DNA of 64,000 nt from an uncultured Eubacteriales bacterium. Its GTDB lineage: Bacteria; Bacillota; Clostridia; Oscillospirales; Oscillospiraceae. The stretch lies in NCBI GenBank assembly GCA_900547405.1, contig URGL01000002.1, forward strand, positions 16,563 to 80,562, given 5' to 3'. The translations under genes were made by a program, and so were the position numbers. Below are positions 56,415 to 64,000 of this stretch, piece after piece. Under the pieces are notes generated by a model. That model was not told the origin of the DNA and did not search any database. It saw nothing but the letters and a program-made list of their open reading frames with translations. Positions within the stretch are counted from its first letter, which is position 1. Every line of letters starts with the position of its first letter.

Positions 56415-57599
56415 ATGTACGCATTGTCTTATTGGGAAAATAACACCTTTTGTATATTGATCCTGATGATTCTGCTGGTCTGTCACCAGCAGAATCCGGA
56501 TTTTCGGCCCAGCAGCCGGTACTTCCGCAGCCTGCTGACCAGTATGATCTTTTACGCCGCCATCGACATGGCCTGCGGACTACAGGAAAATCAGGTCTTT
56601 TCCCCGCCCGTTTGGGTCGTGGCGGTCATGAATGTTCTGTTTTTCTACGCCTCCGGGGTGGTGATCTATCTGGGCCTGCTCTATACCGAGTGCGAACTGG
56701 GGGCCAAGTGGCTCAGTAATCCCAAAAAGCGGCTCCTGAGCGCCCTGCCCACCATGGTCCTGCTGGTCACCGTTCCCCTGAGCCTCTGGGGAAAGTTCTA
56801 CTTCTATATTGACGCCGAAGGCCGGTATACCAAAGGGCCCATGTATCCCCTGCTTCTGGTGCTGTGCTACGGACCTCTGCTGGTGATCAGCACCCGGGCG
56901 CTGGCGGGGCTGCTGAGCAAGCACGGCTACGCCCGCCGGATGGAGTACCTTGCCATGGGCTCCTTTGTGGTGCTGCCACTGGTGGGCGGCATTGCCCAGG
57001 CCCATTACACAGGGGTATCCATCATCTGTCTGGCGGCTACCGTTGCCGCGGTGCAGGTATTTGTCAATCTCCAGCAGACCCGGATCACCATTGACCCTCT
57101 GACCCAGATCAACAATCGGACAAAGCTCATTCAGTATCTGGACAAATGCGTCAGCCATCAGCGCTCCGGCACAGGCCGGCATTTGGCGCTGTGCATGATC
57201 GACATCAACGACTTTAAGCAGATCAACGACCGGTTCGGCCACCCGGAGGGTGACGCGGCCCTGATCCTGCTGGCGGAAACCCTGAAGCAGGTGGGAGCGC
57301 ACTTCAAGGGCCTGATCGCCCGCTACGGCGGAGACGAGTTCTTCATCGTGCTGGAAACGAAGAGCCCCCAGGAGGTATCCGCATTCCGTCAGGAGCTCCT
57401 GGACACCCTGGCCCAAAACAACACTCAGGCCGCCAAGCCCTACAATGTGGAGATCAGCCTGGGCTTCGCCGACTATGACCCCCAACTCACCATCCCCGAA
57501 CTCATCGAAAGAACCGACCAGGCCCTCTATATCAATAAGGGCATTTCAAAGTCCGCCAAGCGCCGGGCTATTTCCGTTGACAAATCCAGCCTGCTGTGA
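56415..57599 (+). CDS. membrane-bound GGDEF diguanylate cyclase
   Basis: 394 aa; ~6 TM N-terminal sensor region, then GGDEF domain with RYGGDEFFIV active-site motif. Confidence 0.85.
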   Translation: MYALSYWENNTFCILILMILLVCHQQNPDFRPSSRYFRSLLTSMIFYAAIDMACGLQENQVFSPPVWVVAVMNVLFFYASGVVIYLGLLYTECELGAKWLSNPKKRLLSALPTMVLLVTVPLSLWGKFYFYIDAEGRYTKGPMYPLLLVLCYGPLLVISTRALAGLLSKHGYARRMEYLAMGSFVVLPLVGGIAQAHYTGVSIICLAATVAAVQVFVNLQQTRITIDPLTQINNRTKLIQYLDKCVSHQRSGTGRHLALCMIDINDFKQINDRFGHPEGDAALILLAETLKQVGAHFKGLIARYGGDEFFIVLETKSPQEVSAFRQELLDTLAQNNTQAAKPYNVEISLGFADYDPQLTIPELIERTDQALYINKGISKSAKRRAISVDKSSLL

Positions 57600-57626
57600 T
57601 AAAATCAGACTCACCGCAAGCGGTAT

Positions 57627-57709
57627 GCGGGCATGGTGGAATTGGTAGACTCGGTGGATTTAGGTTCCACTGCGCAAGCGTGCAGGTTCGAGTCCTGTTG
57701 CCCGCACCA
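57627..57709 (+). tRNA. tRNA-Leu (anticodon TAG), CCA encoded
   Basis: 7 bp acceptor stem gcgggca/tgcccgc, anticodon arm gtgga-tttaggt-tccac with TAG at 34-36, long variable arm, T-arm gttcgagtc, 3' CCA. Confidence 0.9.
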
Positions 57710-57838
57710 TAACGGGGCTGTGAAATAACCCCAAAAAGAAATCGCAGACTCTTTCCCAAAATGGAAAGGGTCTGCTTTTTCTTACCCATCAAGGCTGTGG
57801 ATAACTTTTCTGCAAAAATCATAAAGGTCATTGCGCCT

Positions 57839-58024
57839 CCCCCCGCTTTCGGTTCCCGGAAGCGGGGGGCCAGCTTGTCAAAAAACTACCCAAATTCCCT
57901 CATTTGTGATTGATATGTACCCCCAATACTGGACACCCAGTATTGGGGGTACATATCAGAAAGCAGGGGGTCTTTGACAGACTGACAGCCTGCCGTGACG
58001 CGCGTCACGGCAGGCTGTTTGTTT
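57839..58024. repeat. cluster of three perfect palindromes/hairpins downstream of tRNA-Leu
   Basis: 10 bp stem ccccccgctt/aagcgggggg (57839-57869); 20 bp perfect inverted repeat atatgtacccccaatactgg-acac-ccagtattgggggtacatat (57913-57956); 16 bp palindrome cagcctgccgtgacgc|gcgtcacggcaggctg then tttgttt (57986-58024). Confidence 0.6.
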
Positions 58025-58028
58025 CGGC

Positions 58029-59174
58029 TTATTCTCCGGTGTTCTCGCCGGTGTCTTCACCGGTATTCTCACCAGTGCCCTCTCCGGCAGTCTCGGTAGG
58101 ATCCTCCTCAGTGCTCTCAACGGTTGTCTCAACGGTGGTCTCGGCGATATCCCGGGTTTCCGTCTTCCCGCAGCGGCTGCAGGTGCGGATCTCCTGGGTC
58201 CCGTTATCCGTCCAATCACTCCAGTCATGTCCCAATGGATCCACCTCACGGGACGCACCTTTCTTGTGGCAGACGCTGCACACTTCTTCTTCGGCACCCT
58301 TTTCTTCACAGGTTGGCTCCTGGGTGATTTTCCAAATGAACGTATGGCCGTTGGCTGGCACCTTGTCAATTTTTTCTTCGATTTTGCAGCGGGAACATTT
58401 CCTCACGGTGTAGCCGCCTTTTGTGCAGGTGGGTTTTACAACTTCCTTTGTCTTCCACTTGTGCCCAAGCGCAGGGATGGTCACACGGGCATTCGGATTG
58501 CTGTAGCCGCAGACACTGCACAGCTCTCCCTTTGCCCCGGCCTTGGTACAGGTAGGCTCATTTTTGAATTCATAATATTTGTGGGTATGCTCCCGGAAGG
58601 ACGGAGTCTGCTCCTCCTCCTGGGCCTTGCAGTTCTCGCAGATGCGGACCTTCAGGCCCTTGGCGGTGTCGGTGGGGATCTTGGTGAATTTCCAGCTTCC
58701 CCACTTGTGGCCGGTGGCCTTCAGGGGCACCTCATACCAGTCCCCGCAGCTACAGTAGTAATAGGCCCAGCCGTCTTCCAGGCAGGTAGCGGTGGATTTT
58801 TCTACCTTATATTTGTGGGTATGGTTGGTAGTCTTAGGCAGGGTAGGCTCGATCTCTACGTCCTCTTCCCCGCAGACCACGCAGGTGCGGACCCGCTTGC
58901 CCTCGGTGGTGGTGGAGGGCTTCTCCCACCGGACCCACTCGCCCCAGGTGTGCTCCGCGCAGGGGGCTACGGTGGCCTCGGTTTCCTCTGTGGTTTCGGT
59001 TTCCTCCACAGTTTCTTCTGTCATCTCTTCTGTGGTCTCTTCCGTCGTTTCCTCGGTGGTCTCGGCCTCCAGGGTCATCTGAGATTCTTCCAGCTGGTTC
59101 TCCCTGTCTTTTTTACAGCCGGCAAGGCCCAAAAGCAAGACAACCGCCAGCAGGGCGCAAATCATCCGTTTCAT
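58029..59174 (-). CDS. secreted lipoprotein with seven tandem ~35 aa His/Cys3 (zinc-ribbon-like) repeats and acidic Thr/Glu-rich linkers
   Basis: Lipobox LAGC; repeats of G/T-H-x-W/Y...P-T-C...(R/L)-x-C-x-x-C (e.g. GHKWKTKEVVKPTCTKGGYTVRKCSRCKIEE); termini ETTEETTEE... and GEGTGENTGEDTGE. Confidence 0.6.
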   Translation of the reverse strand: MKRMICALLAVVLLLGLAGCKKDRENQLEESQMTLEAETTEETTEETTEEMTEETVEETETTEETEATVAPCAEHTWGEWVRWEKPSTTTEGKRVRTCVVCGEEDVEIEPTLPKTTNHTHKYKVEKSTATCLEDGWAYYYCSCGDWYEVPLKATGHKWGSWKFTKIPTDTAKGLKVRICENCKAQEEEQTPSFREHTHKYYEFKNEPTCTKAGAKGELCSVCGYSNPNARVTIPALGHKWKTKEVVKPTCTKGGYTVRKCSRCKIEEKIDKVPANGHTFIWKITQEPTCEEKGAEEEVCSVCHKKGASREVDPLGHDWSDWTDNGTQEIRTCSRCGKTETRDIAETTVETTVESTEEDPTETAGEGTGENTGEDTGENTGE

Positions 59175-59292
59175 TGGAACACTTCCTTCTCTTTTTCAGC
59201 GGAATGAAGCTCCGCAAATCACTACTCTAACTTTACGGAAAAACCGGCCAGAAGTCAAGAGGCCTGGGAAAATTTAATAATCGCAACTCCGT

Positions 59293-60405
59293 CTACACGG
59301 TAAAAAATCGGGAAAAAACCACCTCTGCGGCAGACAGCACCCCCACATTGGGGTTCTCCGCCACAGGCGCAATCTGGACATCCATCTTGTCCCGGAACAG
59401 GGCCTTGGCCCCGATCTCCCTCTGGAGCCGCTGAGCCAGCAGCTCGTAGCGGTAGCAGATGTCCCCCGCCAGGAAAATACTGTCGAAGGGGATCAGATTC
59501 AGCAGATTCACCAGGCCCGCGGACAGATACACCGCCTCCTGGTCCAGAAGCCTCCGGGCCTCCTCCTCCCGATCCACATGGTCGATGAAATCAAACCAGC
59601 TGTGGTAGGGCGAGCCCTCCAGCAGCGCCGGGATGGAAGCATAGGTCTCCAGGCAGCCCCGGTTGCCGCACTCGCACTGTCGGCCGTCAAAGCGGATGGA
59701 GGTGTGGCCCAGCTCTCCCGTAAAATACTTGGAGTTTCCCAGCAGTTTTCCGCCGGACATGACCGCCGCGCCGATACCGATGTCGATAAACAGCAGCATA
59801 AAGTTCCGGCTCTGGCCCAGTTCCAGCTGGTGCAGAGCCATGGCATTGACATCATGCTCCAGATAGGCGGGCATTCCCAGAGCCTCGGACAGGAGCTTGC
59901 CGATCTCCACCCCGTGCCAGCGCTCAAACCGGGGCGGGTTTAGTATTCTGCCGTGGACGCAGTCCAGGGGGCCCGGAGAACTGATGCCGATGCCCAGGAT
60001 CTTATCTCGGTCCACTGTTTCCGAAAGGGCCTCCAGGGCCTGGGCGATGGCCGCCACCATGTTGTCCTGGTCCGGCAGCTTTCTGCATTGCAGCAGCTTT
60101 CCTGCCATGTCGCACAGGCCCACGGTGCAGCCCTTTCTGGCCAGGTCCACCGTCAGGGCATAGAAGCTGTCGGAGCGCAGGGCCAGGGGGGTGGCGCTGC
60201 GGCCCCTGCCCACAGACTGGGGTGCCAGCTCCGTAACGATGTCCCGCTTCAGCAGCTCCTCTACAATCAGGGAGGTCCCCGCCCGGGTCAGGCCTGTGGC
60301 CCGGGCCAGCTCCGCCCGGCTCATGGCCTGGCGGCGCAGATGGCGCAGGACCGCCTTTTGGTTGTATTCTTTTGTGTAATCCGCGTTTCTGGCTTTTTGG
60401 GGCAT
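59293..60405 (-). CDS. ROK-family transcriptional regulator (NagC/XylR-like: HTH plus sugar-kinase-like domain)
   Basis: ~370 aa from MPQKARN... (AAGGA SD); HTH MSRAELARATGLTRAGTSLIVEEL, ROK motifs incl. CECGNRGCLE zinc site. The long listed ORF is a GC-frame extension. Confidence 0.8.
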   Translation of the reverse strand: MPQKARNADYTKEYNQKAVLRHLRRQAMSRAELARATGLTRAGTSLIVEELLKRDIVTELAPQSVGRGRSATPLALRSDSFYALTVDLARKGCTVGLCDMAGKLLQCRKLPDQDNMVAAIAQALEALSETVDRDKILGIGISSPGPLDCVHGRILNPPRFERWHGVEIGKLLSEALGMPAYLEHDVNAMALHQLELGQSRNFMLLFIDIGIGAAVMSGGKLLGNSKYFTGELGHTSIRFDGRQCECGNRGCLETYASIPALLEGSPYHSWFDFIDHVDREEEARRLLDQEAVYLSAGLVNLLNLIPFDSIFLAGDICYRYELLAQRLQREIGAKALFRDKMDVQIAPVAENPNVGVLSAAEVVFSRFFTV

Positions 60406-60436
60406 TTTCCTTACCGCTTTCCATTCAACTGGCTCC

Positions 60437-60470
60437 ATTATACGGGCTTGGGGACCACTTGTCAATTGAC
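60437..60470 (-). promoter_or_regulatory. consensus sigma-70 promoter (TTGACA-17-TATAAT) for the ROK gene, overlapped by 10 bp palindrome GTCAATTGAC (candidate operator)
   Basis: Minus strand TTGACAagtggtccccaagcccgTATAAT; palindrome gtcaattgac at 60461-60470 spans the -35. Confidence 0.5.
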
Positions 60471-60518
60471 TTGGGAAAAATACGGACCGGCAGCTTTCAC
60501 TGTCGGTCCAATTGGCTT

Positions 60519-61469
60519 TTATAAAATGACTTTCAGCACCGTCTCCCGGTCCTGGATGCTGGGGATCCCCCCGGGATGCTCCGTAGACAGGCTGGCCGCG
60601 GCGGCGGCGAAGGAACCGATATAGCAAAGGTCCTCTTCCGTCAGCTGGGCCATGGGCTTGTCCAGCTCCAGGAGCCTCGTCATCGCGCTGCCGCCGAAGA
60701 TGTCCCCGGCCCCGGTGGTATCGATGGGATGGACCTTGGGGCACTTCGCCCAGAAGGAGGCGCTCTTCGTTTTCAGCAGGCAGCCGTCGGGGCCAAGGGT
60801 CACCATGGCCAGAGACACGCCGAACTCCTTCAGGAGCTTCTGGGCCCCCTCCTCCGGCGTGCAGCCCCACAGGAACTCCACCTCGTTGTCGCTGATCTTT
60901 ACCACGTCCGCCTGACGAAGGCTCCAAAGCATCTGCTCCTTGGCAGCCTCTTCCGACTTCCACAGGGGCAGCCGCAGATTGGGGTCGCAGCTGATGAGCT
61001 TGCCCTTTTCCTTTGCGTAGGCCACCGCCTTCTGGGTAGCGGTCCGGGCAGGCTCGTCTGTCAGGCTCAGGGTGCCGAAGTGGAAAACCCTGGCCTCGTC
61101 AATGAGGCTCTTGTCGATCTCCTCCCAGCGGAGCTGGGTGTCCGCTCCGGGCTTCCGGGCGAAGGCAAAGGACCGGTCCCCGGTTTCATCGAAGGTTACG
61201 AATGCCAGGGTGGTGAAAAAGTGATCGTCTACCAGAATTCCCTTGGTCTCGATCCCCGCCCGGCTCAAAGTGCCCAGCAGGAGATGGCCAAAGGTATCGT
61301 CGCCTACCTTTCCAAGGAAGGCCGTCTTCCGGCCGTAGGCGTTCAGCGCCGCCAGAAAATTGCCGGGAGCGCCGCCGGGGTTGGCGGCCATAGTGGGATA
61401 TCCGGCAGCATCTGTGGATTTTGCGGCGAAATCAATGAGCAGTTCGCCCAGGGCTACTACATCGATCAT
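60519..61469 (-). CDS. PfkB-family carbohydrate kinase (fructokinase/ribokinase-like)
   Basis: 316 aa from MIDVVALGELLIDF (GAGGAG SD); DTTGAGD anion-hole motif. Confidence 0.8.
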   Translation of the reverse strand: MIDVVALGELLIDFAAKSTDAAGYPTMAANPGGAPGNFLAALNAYGRKTAFLGKVGDDTFGHLLLGTLSRAGIETKGILVDDHFFTTLAFVTFDETGDRSFAFARKPGADTQLRWEEIDKSLIDEARVFHFGTLSLTDEPARTATQKAVAYAKEKGKLISCDPNLRLPLWKSEEAAKEQMLWSLRQADVVKISDNEVEFLWGCTPEEGAQKLLKEFGVSLAMVTLGPDGCLLKTKSASFWAKCPKVHPIDTTGAGDIFGGSAMTRLLELDKPMAQLTEEDLCYIGSFAAAAASLSTEHPGGIPSIQDRETVLKVIL

Positions 61470-61483
61470 GGTTTTCTCCTCTC

Positions 61484-62173
61484 TCAGTCCTTTGCGTTCG
61501 GGTACTCTGTGCACAGCAGCCGATAGGGCGGCTCGTCCTCCTCGATGGCAGGGAAGCGGCCCATAGGGGGATTGAACCGGTTGTCGTGGGCATCGTCGTT
61601 GCACTGGCTGACCTCCCCCAGGAGCACGGCACCGGTACCCTGCTCCACCTCGAAATCGTGGTATAGGTACTGGGTGACGAAAATGCTCTCGCCAGGGGTC
61701 AGCCGGATCTGGGTACCGGCGGGGACGGTATAGGTCCGGCCATCGGTATGAACGGTCACATCGCTTTCGTAGTCGATGGACTCATCCGGCTTGGAATTGT
61801 ACACCCGGATCAGCACATTTCCGCCGCCCCGGTTGATAATATCCTCGGTTTTGTACCAGTGGAAGTGGTTGGGGGAATACTGGCCCTCCTTCAGGTACAG
61901 CAGCTTCTCGGCGTAGACCTTGGGGTACTTGTCACGCATGGTCTGGCTGCCGTTGCGGATGGTGATGAGGGAAAAACCAATCTTGTCGAAATTTCCCTGG
62001 CCGTAATCCGTAATGTCCCAGCCCAGGCAGCAGTCCCGGACCTCATCGTACTCGTGGCCCTTCGTTTGCCACTGCTCCGGGGTGAAGTGGCAGAAGGGAG
62101 GCAGATAGCAGCAGTATTTCTGGCACATGGCCTCCAGCTCACGAAGAGCCTTGTTGACTTCGGAACGTTTCAT
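61484..62173 (-). CDS. D-lyxose/D-mannose-family sugar isomerase (cupin; YdaE-like)
   Basis: 229 aa; MKRSEVNKALRELEAMCQKY...LPPF...TPEQW N-terminus and cupin His/Glu ligands typical of this family. Confidence 0.7.
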   Translation of the reverse strand: MKRSEVNKALRELEAMCQKYCCYLPPFCHFTPEQWQTKGHEYDEVRDCCLGWDITDYGQGNFDKIGFSLITIRNGSQTMRDKYPKVYAEKLLYLKEGQYSPNHFHWYKTEDIINRGGGNVLIRVYNSKPDESIDYESDVTVHTDGRTYTVPAGTQIRLTPGESIFVTQYLYHDFEVEQGTGAVLLGEVSQCNDDAHDNRFNPPMGRFPAIEEDEPPYRLLCTEYPNAKD

Positions 62174-62257
62174 GATTATCTCTCCTTTGTGAGATCAAAT
62201 GGGGCGTCCGGCCGGTGGCCGAACTTTTTCCTATTCGTACAGTATAGCACACTTTGC

Positions 62258-62290
62258 CGGATTTGGCAAAAGCGCCGGGAGGACCCGGCG
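62258..62290. terminator. intrinsic terminator downstream of the SBP gene
   Basis: aaaagcgccggg-agga-cccggcgctttt perfect hairpin, then atttttcgg. Confidence 0.7.
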
Positions 62291-62308
62291 CTTTTATTTT
62301 TCGGAAAC

Positions 62309-64000
62309 TTACTTAGTCAGAACGGATACGCCGGTGTCGGTGACGGCGCCGCCCAGATTTTCACCGTTCAGAGCGGCAACAGCAGCCTTCACGCCCTCAG
62401 CGCCCATAACGTCGGGGTTCTGAGCCATGGTAGCCAGGATGTAGCCGTCAGCAATCAGGCCCAGGATGGCATCGGACTTGTCAAAGCCCACGCAGATCAC
62501 ATCGGAACCGGAGGCCTTCACAGCGTTGCCCGCGCCGTTGGTGGAGCCTTCGTTGCAGCCGAAGATGCCCACAACGCCCTGGGTAATGTAATTCTCGGCA
62601 ATACCCTGGGATTTGGCAGCGTCGCCTTCACCGTACTGGGTCTCCAGCAGCTCGAAGCCGGTGCCCTCGAAGGCGGAGCGGAAGCCGCTTTCACGGGCCA
62701 CACAGGAGGCGGTGGCGGCGTTGACGTTGACGATGCCGATCTTACCGGAAGTGACACCCTTCTCGGTCAGGGCATCCAGCATGGTCTCACCGGCAGTCTT
62801 ACCGGCGGCGGTGTTGTCGGTGGAGAAGGTGGCCTCACCGGGCACGTTGGCGGGAGAGTCCACATAGACGATCTTCACACCGGCGGCTTCCGCTTCCTTC
62901 AGGGCGGAGGAAATGGCATCGGGGCCGTTGGCGGCCACGATGATGGCCTTGCAGCCGGAGGCTACCGCATTGTTGACCTGCTCAATCTGCTGGGCATCGT
63001 CCTTGGTGTTGGGGGCCATGAAGACCAGCTCCACACCCAGCTCCTTGGCGACCTTCTCAGCACCCTCCTTCAAGGTGATCCAGTGCTGGTCGATGGAGTC
63101 CATGGTAATCAGTGCAATCTTGTAGTCACCGGCGGGCTTGACATCACCGGTGGGTGCAGCGGAAGAGGAAGCTTTCAGGACAGAGACACCAGTATCGGTA
63201 ACGGCGCCGCCCAGATTCTCGCCCTTCAAGGCGGCAACGGCAGCCTTCACGCCTTCGTAGCCCATGACATCGGGGTTCTGGGCCATGGTGGCCAGGATGT
63301 AACCGTCGTCGATCAGGCCCAGGATGGCATCGGACTTATCGAAGCCCACGCAGACAACATCCGCACCGGCTGCCTTCACAGCGTTGCCAGCACCATTGGT
63401 GGAGCCTTCGTTGCAACCGAAGATGCCCACAACGCCCTGGGTGATGTAGTTCTCGGCAATGCCCTGGGACTTGGCGGCATCGCCTTCGCCGTACTGGGTC
63501 TCCAGCAGCTCGAAGCCGGTGCCCTCGAAGGCGGAGCGGAAGCCGCTTTCACGGGCCACACAGGAGGCGGTGGCGGCGTTGACGTTGACGATGCCGATCT
63601 TACCGGAAGTGACACCCTTCTCGGTCAGGGCATCCAGCATGGTCTCACCGGCAGTCTTACCGGCGGCGGTGTTGTCGGTGGAGAAGGTGGCCTCACCGGG
63701 GACGTTGGCGGGAGAGTCCACATAGATGATCTTCACACCGGCGGCTTCCGCTTCCTTCAGGGCGGAAGAGATGGCGTCGGGGCCGTTGGCGGCCACGATG
63801 ATGGCCTTGTTGCCGGCAGAGACGGCGTTGTTGACCTGTTCGATCTGCAGAGCGTCGTCCTTGGTGTTGGGGGCCATGAAGGTCAGGTCTACGCCCAGCT
63901 CGGCGGCGGCCTTCTCAGCGCCCTCTTTCAGGGTGATCCAGTGCTGGTCAATGGAGTCCATGGTGATCAGTGCGACTTTGTAGGTTTCGCTGGAGTTTGC
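62309..64000 (-). CDS. sugar ABC-transporter substrate-binding protein (RbsB-like type I PBP) built from at least two tandem near-identical PBP modules; 5' end beyond window
   Basis: Two ~286 aa modules (period ~858 bp), each a complete periplasmic-binding-protein-like sequence, joined by an SSSAAPTGDVKPAGDYKIALIT linker. A third linker-like sequence (ETYKVALIT) runs into the window edge. Confidence 0.75.
   Translation of the reverse strand, partial: ANSSETYKVALITMDSIDQHWITLKEGAEKAAAELGVDLTFMAPNTKDDALQIEQVNNAVSAGNKAIIVAANGPDAISSALKEAEAAGVKIIYVDSPANVPGEATFSTDNTAAGKTAGETMLDALTEKGVTSGKIGIVNVNAATASCVARESGFRSAFEGTGFELLETQYGEGDAAKSQGIAENYITQGVVGIFGCNEGSTNGAGNAVKAAGADVVCVGFDKSDAILGLIDDGYILATMAQNPDVMGYEGVKAAVAALKGENLGGAVTDTGVSVLKASSSAAPTGDVKPAGDYKIALITMDSIDQHWITLKEGAEKVAKELGVELVFMAPNTKDDAQQIEQVNNAVASGCKAIIVAANGPDAISSALKEAEAAGVKIVYVDSPANVPGEATFSTDNTAAGKTAGETMLDALTEKGVTSGKIGIVNVNAATASCVARESGFRSAFEGTGFELLETQYGEGDAAKSQGIAENYITQGVVGIFGCNEGSTNGAGNAVKASGSDVICVGFDKSDAILGLIADGYILATMAQNPDVMGAEGVKAAVAALNGENLGGAVTDTGVSVLTK

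Noticed and set aside
58980-59100. Short tandem nucleotide repeats (ggtttcc/tcttctgt-like) at the 3' side of the lipoprotein gene
   Set aside because: They encode the acidic ETTEE/TEET linker of the Cys-repeat lipoprotein. Coding low complexity, not a CRISPR array or non-coding tandem repeat.
62518-63983. Duplicated 79 aa and ~85 aa shadow ORFs (62518-62757 and 63376-63615; 62613-62867 and 63459-63725; 62913-63125 and 63726-63983)
   Set aside because: Identical pairs arise because they lie antisense to or out of frame with the two tandem SBP modules. They are by-products of the internal duplication, not genes.

Overview
This is a high-GC bacterial chromosomal window. Gene content looks Firmicutes/Clostridia-like (EndoA-type MazF, T-box-regulated pheST, ECF S-components behind TPP and THF riboswitches, many lipoproteins). 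Genes are densely packed on both strands, and the GC-rich frames carry many antisense shadow ORFs.

Main blocks, left to right:
- **1-4.3 kb:** CBS-domain gene (partial), a truncated LysA-like decarboxylase, hemolysin-III, a YoeB/DinJ-type TA pair, a hydrolase and an HTH-membrane protein.
- **4.4-8.4 kb, nickel island:** larE-larB plus a LarC C-domain-only gene. Divergent from a His-tailed CsoR/RcnR/InrS-like sensor sit a His-rich protein, a CooT-like Ni chaperone, a membrane protein and a HIT protein.
- **8.4-9.3 kb:** TPP riboswitch-thiT, followed by one copy of a multi-hairpin repeat element.
- **9.7-13.5 kb:** pheT-pheS with a T-box leader.
- **13.6-19.5 kb:** M32 carboxypeptidase, NAD(P)HX dehydratase, lipoproteins, and an orphan MazF/EndoA.
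- **19.5-20.6 kb:** a second repeat copy and a decayed VTC / histidine-kinase remnant junction.
- **20.6-25.7 kb:** acyltransferase-3, an LRR protein, a ParB-like protein and THF riboswitch-folT.
- **25.8-55.5 kb:** a roughly 30 kb mosaic polysaccharide super-locus. It encodes rfbBA, an aminotransferase, two ATP-grasp enzymes, Wzx, glycosyltransferases, an HTH-Ugd fusion, a UDP-GlcA epimerase, FnlA/B/C-like UDP-L-FucNAc genes, a second Wzx, pyruvyl transferases with an F420H2-dehydrogenase-like partner, EpsG, VanZ and two priming phosphotransferases.
- **56-64 kb:** an XRE regulator plus a membrane GGDEF cyclase, tRNA-Leu(TAG), a Cys/His-repeat lipoprotein, and a ROK/PfkB/lyxose-isomerase/sugar-SBP operon. 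The SBP is internally tandem-duplicated and runs off the window.

Most notable is a low-GC cassette of 1252 bp carrying an Abi_2 (HEPN-type abortive infection) gene with its own consensus promoter and terminator. It is inserted into the 5' end of the fnlA-like CPS gene and flanked by perfect 75 bp direct repeats. Next to it are two tandem paralogous genes of unknown function with a restriction-endonuclease-like (PD-(D/E)xK) motif pattern. Together they form a candidate uncharacterised defence islet inside a glycan locus.
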